Positions 41,481 through 55,570 of a stretch of DNA of 64,000 nt are shown piece by piece. The stretch lies in assembly GCF_009914755.1 (NCBI RefSeq), contig NC_060925.1. One strand, written 5' to 3'. This DNA is from the human T2T-CHM13v2.0 reference genome, Homo sapiens. Both the position numbers and the translations under genes were made by a program. The notes beneath the pieces were generated by a model that was not told the DNA's origin, did no database searches, and saw nothing but the letters and a program-made list of their open reading frames with translations. Position 1 is the first letter of the stretch. The number at the start of each line of letters is the position of its first letter.

Positions 41481-42505
41481 GGATGAATGGAGAGGTGGGA
41501 GCAAAACCGACGGGAATTCAACTTCTCCCGCCAGAGCAGAGAGACACGTGTTCCTCTATTTTCTTGATTAGTTTTATTCTGTGACCCTTGATTCAAGCTA
41601 AAATAGATTCTATCTACAGAAATAAAAATGTAACAAAACGTGTCCTATATTCTAAGCATGTCCAGCTACATGAGCAGAATCATTTTATTTCAGCAACACT
41701 GAAAAGAGGAAGGAGTAGAGATAAAATAAAAAAGGCAGTATATCACATTTAATTCACAAATTTTACCCAATTAGCACAGGTAAATAATACAAAGAAAAGC
41801 CATTTAGAGATTTATGTATAAAGATATTCCAATACATAATATAATTTATCCAACACTTCTAGTATTTTTTTTTTGTCAGCCATTCTAAAAATACAACTTG
41901 TGGCCAAGGTTAAATGTGTATGCAAACCTTATGATGAAAATCTGTAAGGAGACAGTTAATGTTTTATTGTGTTCATAGTAATATCCTCTGATCTTCCTGG
42001 TATTTCTTTCCCTCTTCTCATACATCTCTCTAAAGATACATGCTGTTCAACACTACTCTTAATGATAACACATAACACCTTCATTTATCTGTTTTTAAAT
42101 CTCCTTCACATTGACTGAATTTTGGGGGGATAGAGAACATAGAACCAAAGAAGGAATTATTTAGTGGCAAATGTGATTCAGTAACATTGAAGTATGTTCT
42201 CCTACGACAATCAAGAAATCACATCCTCATTATTCTTCTACTTACAAAACATTTTCTTTGTGAGAAAAAAGTCTCCATCAGGTTTGGAAAACTCCAGATT
42301 TTTTTTTAATATTGAATATTCCCATATTTATGTTGCTAGTGTCCCAAATTCTGCCACGGATAGATTGAAGGGTGTACCTCTCTTCATGACTATCCTTCAG
42401 CTTGACTATTGGCATATCTGTACCTGCTTAGAAAAGGCTACTAAAGTACCTGGCAATCAGTGGATGATCAATAACTGTCTAATGAATGAATGAGAAATTA
42501 AATAC

Positions 42506-42900
42506 AGCTGGTCTTTCATATCCATGAGTTGCACATCCATGGATTCCTCATCTGAGGATTCAATCTACCATGGATCAAAAATATTCCAAAAATAATAAAA
42601 TGAAAATAAAAAGCAATATAAATAAAAACACAGGATATCAATTATTTCTATAGCATTTACATTGTATTACTTATAATCTAGATTATAAGTAATCTAGAGA
42701 TGTAAGTGCACAGAAGATTGTGCATAGGTCCCATGCAAACACCATGCTATTTTATATAAGTCGCTTGAAAATTCACTCATTTTGGATTTGAAATTGGAGG
42801 ATAGGAGACTATCTCTCAGTAGACAATGTCAGAATTGAGTTAAATGTTGGTATCTGCATGGGCTCCTGAAACCAATTCCCCATAGATACTAAGGGAATGC
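42506..42900. mobile_element. Tigger-family element (Tigger3/MER2B-like)
   Basis: ta-cagctggtctttcatatccatg...ggattcaa...tagcatttacattgtatta...cctgaaaccaattccccatagatactaaggga. Confidence 0.75.
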
Positions 42901-43317
42901 GAATGAACTAAGTCAGACCTTTGTTACTATTAAAGGTTGAAAACATAACGTTGCTAATAATATTGATAAAACATTAGTAGCTACAGTGTGAATAACCATT
43001 ATGTGCCAGGTAGTATTACAGGAGCTTTACAACAACTCTGAAAAATAAATAACGTTGTCCTAATTTGAAAGATGAGAGAATTTAGGCTCAGAAAATACCA
43101 CCCAGCTAGAAGATGCTAAGCCAAGATTTAAATAATTTTCTAACTCCAAAGTGCATGTTCTTCTCAATATACCTAAGAAAGAAGCTTTTTATTTAATAAC
43201 TAGCAGATGTTGGTGCTTACCAATAGGTAATACAAATTATAAAATAAAATTATAAAATTGCTTTATCACTATCTTATTCATCTACTTTACTCCAGTCTCA
43301 ATTACCTTCATTCATAT

Positions 43318-44060
<743 letters not shown>

Positions 44061-45659
44061 GTTAATCACGTAAATTTTAAAATTCCAATCTGGGAAAATT
44101 GTATTGCACATGTAGACACTGTTTTTAAATGTGTGTATCTGCATGTGCGTGCATGTGACATACTTAACTAAGGTATGCAAATTTTTAAAACACTGTCAGA
44201 GCCTTATATTGAGGTCTGTTAGGTCCTCTCCCATACAGGGTTTGATTTGAGAAGTAGGATAATGCTTGTAAAGAAGAAGAAACATACTTGGTATATCTTA
44301 TTAATTGAAAGTTTTACTGACGTGAAATATTGTCTTTTATTTTTATTAATTATTTGTATTGAGAAGTTTAATTGACAAAGAGGAAAACTTTAAACGTTAT
44401 TGCTGAATTATGTCTAAAATATATCAACAACTTATAAATATACAGTTACTATCTATTCATTCCAATATTAAACATGACTTCAGATTCATTAGTTTAAAAT
44501 CTATCATAATTTGAAAATATTTTATACTTGTAAGGTAGATATTTTCTTCATTTTGAAGATGATTAAACAAAGACCAAAAAAGCCAAAGTAAATCACTTAG
44601 TGGATATTTTACTATAATTAATATGAAAATTAAATTTTCCTGATTATTATGCAATACTCCTTAGCTACAAGCTAACAGTAGTTTTCATTGCAAATGCTAT
44701 GATAGTTCAGACACAGCACGTGACAATAAGTCAAAGAAAAAAATGTTGCCTATTGGCGGGAAATTAGGAAACTCATACTTTTTAGTACAGAAGAGTATTA
44801 CATACATCAAGAGTGTTGGTGTGCTATATATAAACACATAAGTGGTTTAATATTCATATATTTTCTTTTCCCACAAAGATATGTTGTAAATATTAATAAT
44901 ATTGTCATCATATACCAAATTTGTATTCTTATTTATTTTTAGGTAACTCACAACTTCCAAGTGTTAAATGGTAGCTATGTTTCCATTAACACTTTGATTT
45001 GTGCAGTTTCAGTGTACAAATTAAATATGTGAGTGTTTACTGTAAATTTTTTATTGTCGAAATATAAGAATGAAACAGAAAAACACAAATAGTGATACTA
45101 TTGTCAAGACATCGAATGCACATACTTACAGATTGAGAAAAGGGAGGAAGTCAGTAGGTAAGGCCATAAGCAGCAACTGTTTAGCTGCATTTGAACATTC
45201 TCTATTCAGTGCTCAAGAAAAGAACAAAATTATAGAACATGAGATGCTATAGGTATATAATTGAATAGGTTTATATGTAAAAGATTATATATTATTAGTG
45301 ATTTTACATATTGTTAGCTATCTGAGATTGGACTAGTTTATTCAACATGCGTATTTATTATTTGAGAGTAGTGAGTCAGCATGCATCTCTTTCTCAATGT
45401 AAATGCTACCTTTGCACCCCCAGATCACTCCAGCCTGAAGAGTACAAAAATTGTATCCTATCTTTTACACATACAAACACACCCACACATAAAATCTTAG
45501 AAAAGCTTCTTCAGCAGTTCCATCATTTGGGCTGTGAATTCCAGAATCGGCATAGCTTAGTCTAAAGCCTACCCCTTACCCTTTACCTTCCTCCACATCT
45601 GGGCTTATGGCCTCTCCAGTCCACTCTTCCCCACTGCCTCACTTTAATCAACTACCTGA

Positions 45660-45880
45660 GAAGTAATATTGTTTGGCAATATACAACTTATGAATCTGGG
45701 CTATTTGGATTTAAAGCCTGAAACTGGCATTTACCAGCTGCTTGACCTTGGACGATTTACTCACTGTGCTTCATTTTCCCCATCTGCTAAATGGAGTAGA
45801 GTGCTTATTTGGGGGAATAAAATACATTAATACATATAAATAATTTATTACGGTGCTCACCACATAGTCTGCTATTGCTA
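45660..45880 (+). mobile_element. MIR
   Basis: accagctgcttgaccttggacg...cttcattttccccatctgctaaatggag. Confidence 0.65.
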
Positions 45881-48676
45881 TTATATGTGTTTTTCAAAAT
45901 ATAGGTATCAACATTTTTAGAATTATTTTTCTTAATATAAACTCTTCTTCTATGTTTAGCAACTAATGAATTTAATTATGCTTTTCAAGTTTTACTCCTC
46001 AGGTTGAACAGTTTTGATTATATCCAAAAAGATAAACTAAAGTATGTACCCTCAGAGCGACTGAAACAACATAAATGCACTAAAGTTAAACAGAAAAAAA
46101 ATCTGGCTGTTCAGTGATTCTTCTGGACTCCCCTGGAAATAATAAATATGGATAATCAGAAAACCTTAAATATTCTGTAGTTAGAAGCCAGAGCATGTAG
46201 GCATTTAAAATTAAAACAAGCATCTTGAATTACATTCACATGCATAGCAAAAAAATATATGCACCATATTGAGTTCAGATGCAACAAGCTGAACATGTGC
46301 TACAGAGCTAAATGAGTAATGCAATTTTTACACTGGGTCCACGCAAGCTTTACGGTTGCAAAAAATAAGGATATGGCAAAAAAGCAATCTGGAAATGTCA
46401 TAACCAAATCAATAATTGAGAGAAAAATTCACCACCTCCCACTCAAATATCAATGCAAAGTATATTAAAATACCAATTAATATGCAGAAAGAGAAGATAT
46501 GATATTTCAGAATATTAGGACTATTAACACTTTTGACAAGGCATCCACCCAGATTAAGAAGCAGAAATAAAAAACAACTCTAATCTGTGCTTTACACTTT
46601 CTATTTCCTTTCTTTTTGCCTGCAAGCCTACAAGCTCACTTGTACTTAAGCCCTGGGAAAATCCCCAGGTTACGCAGTGTGGTACAAAAATACTGAATGC
46701 CATTAGATGTTAATGACCTGACAGCCAAAATGAGTTTTCAACTAATTTCCTGAATCAGGAATAGGCTCTTTTCCTAGGAGTTGACTATCAAATTATCCTA
46801 GGCCATGATTTTTTGATGGCTTATCGTTTATTCAGGCAACTCTTCAAAAATATTTTCTTTATAGTTTAATTAAACTAGAACATGAGTCAAATGAGGCTAA
46901 GATTGTGAATATAGGAAATCAAAGAGCTTTGTTTTTAAATGCCCCACCTATTTTTTGTTCTCATTTCCCTTCATTGCTAAAACTATTGCTAAGGATAAGT
47001 TCCTAATAAAGCCAACCACAGGTGAAGGACAGATTCCAAGTGCATAGGTGAAGCTCAATCATAATTAGAAAGAGTAATCTAGAAGCCAGGTTATTCATGC
47101 TAAAGCCATGTGTGAACTAATAAGCAGCAATTCATCAAATAGGGGAGAAAATATAAATGCCCAAATCATAACCCAAAAGGAAAAAAGGTATCTTTTTGTT
47201 TAGTAGAGATAGTGCAGAAACTGAACTGTGAAAGAAGAGCCAAGTTAAGAAGTCAAGTCAAATGTGAAGTGGGGATGCCCAAAATAAGGAGAAGATTCTA
47301 TCGGTTAGTTAGAGCAAGAGGAGTCATAAGAAGAAGAACATCAAAGAACATCCAGGTCAATATGACTTATCCAAATTAGCAGATTGTAAATTCTCAAACA
47401 AGGAGGTTTTGCCACTATTCATAAGGGCCAAGGACCAAAATGTCCCAGTATATCCCTTAGGATGCTCTGAATTATAAGTAGCAGATATATGATCTACAAT
47501 GTCATTTTAAAAATTAAATAAATTTATTATCTCACATATGGGGAAATTCAGACATAGGTCAGCTTTAGCAAAAGCTTAATATGGTGACCTACAGATGCCA
47601 CAAAGGACTTAGTTCTTCTGTATGCAATTGCCATTCCTTCTACATCCCTTCCTGTGATTTCAAGATAGCTGTCAGAAGCTCTGAAGCTTATTCACTTCCA
47701 ACAGAAATAAGAGAATATCTTTAAATCTAGGATTCCCAACAAAACCTAGAGCTACCAGAACAGATACCCCAAGTCTTTGGTTTTCCAATCTGCAACTAAA
47801 GAATAAAGATTGCTAAAATAGTCTAGTTTGTCTTTGTCCAGTTTTTTTCAGAACAAAACAAAGTAGAATAGACTTCAGAGTCTCTGCATATACTGTACTC
47901 AAAATAGAAATGTAAAGCCTATTCTGAGATCACACTGCAATCAGGATATTATAATATTTGTCCCAATTAATTACATTGGACTTATTAATAAATTTTCATC
48001 TACCAATATCCTGTTCCTATATATAAAAGTCCTATGTTTTTAATTAGATCATGGTGGCATTCTACTACCCCTTTCTATATACTTGCATGGGCATATAATC
48101 TAATGTGGTTCAAAGAGTATGGGCAATGGTGACAAGGAATATTTCATGTATGAGTATCAGGAGACAAAAATTCTTGTTCTGCTAGATTTCTAACTAGGGG
48201 CTATGTCTGTCCATATTGTGAATGGTCCGAAAATACCTAAACTTTGCAGCAACACAAGATTTATTTTTAATCTTCTGGATCTGGCTATGACTAAAGCAAG
48301 CACCACTCCTAGAGTACCCAGTCATAGGAATCAATAAGTTATCTTTTTGCTTAAGAGAGCTGAATTTCTATCACTCACACCTGAAAAATTCCTAGTAAAA
48401 TACATCAATCTCTTCAATAGTGCTATGAATAATTATCAGTCATCATTGGCCCAATGCCAGAATCTTTTCCTAGTAAAACTAGGTAGTGTAATAACTTTCA
48501 ATTTTTCTCAACAAATTTTATTGCTTTTTGGATGCTAATTTTCAAATAATTGGCATGGACTAACATTCCAGGTTCAGTTCCCAAATTTTCTTCTGCAGTG
48601 ATTACACACCCACCACAAAGCATCAGTCCATCTGATCCCATAGAAAAATCAATTTCACAATAATAGCAGACTTTCA

Positions 48677-49000
<324 letters not shown>

Positions 49001-49399
49001 TTTTACCCAATATTTTACCTAATTTTAATATATTACTTTTACATCATTTTTAACTGCATGAATTGAGCATTCTTCACTTTTGCAATTTTATTCATCTCCT
49101 TCTGTATTGCCAACTGAAACAACCACCAAGTATAAAAGAAATATGGACTGCTGTGTCATCATTGGGACCAGGAGACAACCACATTTTAAATCACAAACTC
49201 CAAATAAAAGAAAAAATTTATTGGGACCAAAATGGGAAAAAGTGTCAAGAGTAAGTGCAAACACTTACAGATATTTTAAATAGTGCAGAGGTTCTTCAAA
49301 ATATATAGCACAGCTCTGAAAGGATCAAAGATATCTTACATGGAAGATGTGAATACAATACAGTGTTTATAAAGCAAGATTGAGGAGTGTAGAAAGGCT

Positions 49400-51700
49400 G
49401 AATAAGAAGCCACATATATATGCCATCTTTTCAGAAATCAGTCAAGATGAGAGTACATACACCCCAATCACCTTGGTGACAGCTAATCAAAGCCAGCAGA
49501 AAATAAATTAATAGATTCTAAAAATGTCACAGACACCTGGAGCATAGGACTTTACTGTGGAAATGAAAACTCCAAAGATTTTCTGCTCAGCAGACATGAG
49601 AAAGGTAAATAAAGAGTGGAGATTATTACCAAGGAGATGACAAAACAAAGATGATGAGGATATGTCCTAAGTGTTCACTGCTTTAGCTCACATCTCTCAC
49701 CTTTAATTTTATTTCAGCAGATATTTAAACTAGATATGTGCATCCCATTCAAAATAAGTAAGAATCAGAAAGAAACAAGCATGGATGACATACTCGTAGA
49801 TTAAAAATTAAATAAGTAAGAAAAAAGCAATATAAGAAATAAAAGAGGGTTAAAAATACCACTAGAACAATTACCAAAACCCAAAATACAGTTTCTAATC
49901 AAATCTTCTTGAGTTCAAAAGACTTAAAGAAAACATAAACCAATTATAAGACCAGAAATGAAAAGTAAGTTCACAGAGCTCAGAAAAAGATAAAAGAGAG
50001 AAACAAAACAAATACAGAAATAAAAGCAACATTAGCAGCATTGTGTGCATATACACATACATAAACCCCCACCATGGACACACTCACACACACACACACA
50101 TTTATCCCTGTTCTATATTTTAGGACATGAAAGAAAAACTTGAGAGAATCAACATGGAATTCTTAAAAATGATAAATAAAGCAGATTAGAGATCTAATTA
50201 TAGATATAAAAGACAAATACAATATACGCATAATTGCTGTTACTGAGTATGAGGAAAAAACAATTATGTAATCAATATATGATAATAGAAAATATATTTT
50301 AAAAATTCAAAAATTTACTGTTTTTTTCTGAAGAGAATCCTTTATTTATAGGTTAAGACAGCATATTGTATTCTAAGAAAACAATCTAGAACAATAAAAC
50401 TAAGAAAAACACTGGAGGAGCTGAATTCATTGACAAACTATTAACAATAATAAAAGAGCGCATGAAGGCCAGGTGTAGTGGCTCACGCTGGTAATCCCAG
50501 CACTTTGGGAGGCCGAGGCGGGCGGATCACGAGGTCAAGAGATAGTGACCATCCTGGCCAACATGGTGAAACCCCGTGTCTACTAAAAATACAAAAAATA
50601 GCTGGGCATGGTGGTGCACACCTGCAATCCCAGCTACTCAGGAGGCTAAGGCAGAAGAATCGCCTGAACCCAGGAGGCAGAGGTTGCAGTTAGCGGAGAT
50701 CTCGTCACTGCACTCCAGCCTGGTGATAGGGCGAGACTTGGTCACAGAAAAAAAAAAAAAAGAGTGCATAGAGTGCATAAAGATTGCTGGATACAAAATA
50801 AACTTACAAAATCAATGCCTTTTCTGAACAAAAGAACAACTGTTAAAGTTAACAAACCAAACCAATGACAGATTGGGAAAATCTGACTTTTACAATATAT
50901 AAAATCAATTAGGGGTTAGTTGAGAATAAGTAAGAAATATATAAGAAATGTATGCATATCAATTATATCAATAATTTAAAAGTATGGCTTCTCATAGAAA
51001 AGGATATGAAGAGGAATTTTACAGAAAAGAAATAAAAGCTAATAACCATCTGAAGTTTAAGAAGAAATGTTTACCTAGATTAGTAACTAGAGATATACAA
51101 ATTTTAAAACAATAGTGAGATATAAGGATATAAGAGCCTTTGTATACTGTATTGTAATATAGACTGATGTAGACATTCCAGAGAGCAATTAGTTGGTATA
51201 AAATCGTATTTAGGATACATAAACTTTTTGGAAAAGGAATACAGCTCAAAAGCTATACCCCGAGATGTCTTCACAATCACCCATAAAGACACATGTACAA
51301 AGGGATGCATTGCATTATTGTTGGGATAGAAAGAAGTTGGAGCAGTTAAAGTGACTGTCACTGAGGGGATAGAAAAGTCATCTGTGATTGGTGTACATTA
51401 TGAAAACTATGCAGCAATATATATATATAAACACGATAGGTATTTAAAATATAATACAGAATAAAAAATTTAAGACCTAGTATAAGATGTGTAAGAAAAA
51501 TAATTTCTATGAAAAAGTGAAACATATGTTTTGGAAGAACATGCACACAAATGTTTATGCATCAAATATTTTAATGTGTTTGGCAGTTAGTAGGAGGAAA
51601 GAAAAATCAGAGAGGGAGTGGCGATAAGAGAGGATATGAAAATAAAATGAAACAACTAAGGTGCTTTTGAACTAAAGAGTATGATTATCTCAACTCACTG
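49400..51700 (+). mobile_element. Highly decayed L1M fragments
   Basis: A-rich ORF1-like tracts and ORF2/3' remnants (aagattgctggatacaaaataaac, acatgtacaaagggatgcattgcattattg). Confidence 0.55.
50467..50762 (+). mobile_element. Alu (AluSc-like)
   Basis: ggatcacgaggtcaagagat and cctggtga diagnostics; TSD aaaagag(c/t)gcat. Confidence 0.92.
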
Positions 51701-52007
51701 CTTCTGGAGCCGAATTAATGAAAAATTAATAATAAATTTAAAATGATGGTTAAATAAAAGCAAAAAACAATTCTTTTGAAAATATTGAATTTCAAAGATA
51801 GATCAAGAATTCTGCAAAGATAACATTCCATTTCTTAAGCAGAGGTAGGTTTATTTTACAGTAAGTCCTTATACATGTTATAAATAATTATTTGCATGAT
51901 TAAATGTTAAATAACAAATGAAGATAAAGTAGAAAAAAATCATCTGTATATCTTTATATATGAACATAGAAGAAAAGCTGTAGAAGAATATAAAACTGTT
52001 AAATAAG

Positions 52008-52500
52008 TGCTATGGACTGTATGATTGTGTCCCACGAAATTCATGTTGAAAGCCTACCCTGCAATGGAATTACTTTAGCACACGGGGCCTTTGGGAGGTA
52101 ATTAGGTCATGGGCCTGGGGCTGGAGCCCTTATGATGTGATTTTTTTCATTTTAGCTTTTTTTTTTTCTTTGTGGGTGAGTGGTAATAATGCATTGTAGT
52201 TTGAGGTAATTATTTTCCTTGACAATTTGGGCTGCTAAAATAGAATACCAAAAATTGTGTGGCTTAAATAACAAACATTTAATTCTCACAGTTCTGAAGG
52301 TTTGAAGTCTAAGATCAAGATGTCAGAATGGTCTGGGTTTTGGTGAGTGCCTTCTTTTAGGTTCACAGATGGCTGCTCTCTTGTAATATCCTCATGTGGT
52401 GGGGAAAGAGTGAGAGAGAGAGAGAAAGAGAAAGGGGGAGAGAGAGAGATTGAAAGAAAGAAGACTCTTTTGGATCTCTTCTTAGAAAGGCACCAATTCC
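52008..52500. mobile_element. MLT1A-type LTR fragments in opposite orientations, with a (GA)n tract
   Basis: tgctatggactgtatg...aaattcatgttgaaagccta (+) and ggcttaaataacaaacatttaattctcacagttctg (-). Confidence 0.7.
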
Positions 52501-55132
52501 ATCGTAAGAGATATTGGAATTTTAATACATATCATGTCTGTCGGTGAACATGTCTATAAATTTTTTAAGTATATACCTAGGAATAGAACTGACAGACTGC
52601 AACATGTGGATATTTTCAAATTTGGTAGATTCCGCTACAGAGTTCTTTAAAGTAATTGTACCAATGTTCGTTTTCATTAGCAATATACAAAATTTCTGGT
52701 TTCTCCAAATCTTTCTCAATGCCCACGATTTCACATAAGTACAACCGTTGATACCTGCAGATATAAAAATTTAGCCTCCCTTCACATAGCTCACAAAATT
52801 TAATTCAAATATTATTATTAAGAATATACACATACCTTTTTGTGTGATGCTACACTATCTGTATACAATGCTTTCATTAATACAAAATATAAACAATATT
52901 ATATCCCATTTATATTTCTGACTATGTGTATTTAAATTTTGCAAAAAACTTCTTGTTTTTTTATTCAAAAAAAAGATAAGCAAAACTATTTTAGCTGTTA
53001 GTAGTCAAGTTAACGGTTACTCAAGCTAATGGAAGGGGGCATGCAGGAACTTCTGGAATGCTACTACTCTTGTAGTGTTTCTTAATCTGCATGTTACTTA
53101 CATGGTTGTATTTACATTTAAAATAGTAATTCATCCTAGACATACGATTTCCACATTTTCTCTAACTGTGTTGTAAGCAATAAATATTTATATTTAAAAA
53201 GGGGAAAAACTAGCTTAAGGAGGGGGTATATAAATACTACTGATATTTTCTTTTCTATATCTCGGTGTTACCTGACTTGGTAAAACAGTATATCTTATTT
53301 TGTGATTTTAACAATGTAAATGAAATTAAATTAAAATTGGTTACAAAGTAAAAAGTACCCTATAGGTATTCAGAGAAAGTCACAGAAAGGAGAAAAATCT
53401 GAATGACTCTTGCACGTAATCACAGACTAAAAATGAGTGCAATAATATTTATAAAGTCCTTAGAAAAAAGAAGTGTGACTCAATACTTTTTATATTTAGT
53501 CAAGTTGACATTTTAGTATAAAAGAAATAAATTTATGAATGTGCAGGAAATCAAGGAATAGAGTCCAACAACAGCTTATCCTAAAAATTTGATGATGAAA
53601 TACAGGGAGAAAAAAGATGAATCAAAATTAAGATCTCAATAACAGAAGAGCCACATTTGGAAAGATTCGCGGCAAAAAATAAATCCACTTAGAAACAAAA
53701 CTAAGATTTGAAGAAAATTGAAAAATTAAGTATGAAATTGAATGTAAGGTTGGAAACTCAGAATAAATGTTAAACCTAACAAAAATAGGAAACAATGAAA
53801 TGAGAGTATTTGAGACTAACAGTAAGACTGTACTTCATAGTTTTGATACTAAATACACCCATGGAACCCTCTTAGGACAATTAAATGAGAGTTGTATTGA
53901 TTTATATGATCTCTAATCAGAAGCTTTAAGAAACAGTGTACAATTTACCAGATTTCTTCCTTTCTCTTCGTGACTGATAGCGTTCAGATAGCCTAGATCT
54001 CAGACTGAGATCTCATATTGATCTCAGGGTGAGAAAAACATGTACTGTCAGTCCATGGGGGGCCCTTAAAAACAAGCAGCATGAGTGAGAAATAGAATAA
54101 ACAAATATTAAAGAGTGTTCTATAAAAATATGTCTAAACCAAAATCTGTTTAAAATTATTTGTATTTTTGTATATTGTACATACAAACACAATATGTTGT
54201 ATATTATACACACAAAATGCAATATTTTGTATATTATTATATTTTATGCATTTGTGTTTTTACATATAAAAACAAATAAAAACTCATTTTAAGCCACTGA
54301 GATTCTGAGTGTTTTTATTACTTCCACTTTAGTTAGTGGGATGCTTGGAGCTATCTAAAATGTTGCATGGCTCACTGCTGACTTCTGGAACCTGGCAGAA
54401 CCAAATGAAAATTTCCTCTTTCTTATGAAAAATAATAGGCCCTCATATGTTCATATGTTCCCACATAGGAAGAAAATGTGAATTGACAAACACAGATCAC
54501 TGAACACACAGAGAACCTTGTCTTCAAGAGTGGGAGTCAGAAAAAATGAGACCTAAAAATTTACAATGACACACACATTAGATAGTAAAATTATCAGGCA
54601 CAGAATATAAAAGAAATATATAAATCTGAAGACATAGCCCCAAATATAAAACAGACAAAATCACATGAAAGAGAAACAGAGGCTATAAGCGAGGGTATCG
54701 TATACCTCTGAGTCCCAGAAAAAGAATATATAAAAGAAAAGAGAAAACATTTGAGGAGATCATGTCTGAGGATTTTTCAGAACAAATAAAAAATAGATAG
54801 GAAGCAATGAGTACAGAAGGGTTGTAAACAAGTAAACAGAAATGCATACCTAGGCATACATTAGTAAAAATGAGGAACACTAAAGACAAGAAGAAGATCC
54901 TAAAGGAAGCAGAGAAAAAAGAAAGCTCACCAACAAAACAAAGACTGCTACACTGTAAGAAGCCTTTTAAGCCAAGATGGAAGCTATGAGATAGTGAAAT
55001 AGTCTCTTCACATTGTCAAGAGAAAATAAAAATCAGCTTCCAATGGAGTACTCAGGAAAACTCTCTTTGAAGAAAAATTTTGTATAAAAAAGCTAATAAT
55101 TATTAAACACAGACTTTGTTAAAGAAGCTTTT

Positions 55133-55570
55133 AGCAGGGTGTGGCGGCTCATGCCTTTAATCTCAGCACTTTGGGAGGATGAAGAAGGAAGATCGCTTGA
55201 GGCCAGGAATTCAAGACTAGCCTGAGTAACATGATGAGATGCCGCATCTACAAAAAATAAGAAAAAATTAGCCAAGTGTGATGATGAATGCCTGAAGTTC
55301 CAGCTACTAGGGAGGCTGAGGCAAGAGGATCCCCTTGTATATCTGCAGAGAGCACCCTTTCTGCAGAAAGTAAAAACTGCCTTGCTGAGAGAATTAAGTT
55401 TATGTTCGAATGCTATTTCTTTGCAGCACTGGGGAACAAACAGTTCCAACACCCTGAACCCAAGAATTTGAGATTGTAGTCAGCCATTATCATGCCACTG
55501 CATGCCAGCCTGGGTGACAGAGCAAGAAACCCATATAAAAAAAAAAAGAAAGAGAAAAGAAAGAAAGAAG
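55133..55570 (+). mobile_element. Alu (AluJ-type) containing a 116-bp insertion
   Basis: Alu right arm is interrupted at ggatcccct|...|ccctgaacccaag. Confidence 0.9.
55336..55451 (+). mobile_element. Internally deleted ERV1-type solo LTR (116 bp)
   Basis: TG...CA termini, 4-bp TSD CCCT; body resembles ERV1 LTR R/U5 ends. Confidence 0.7.
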
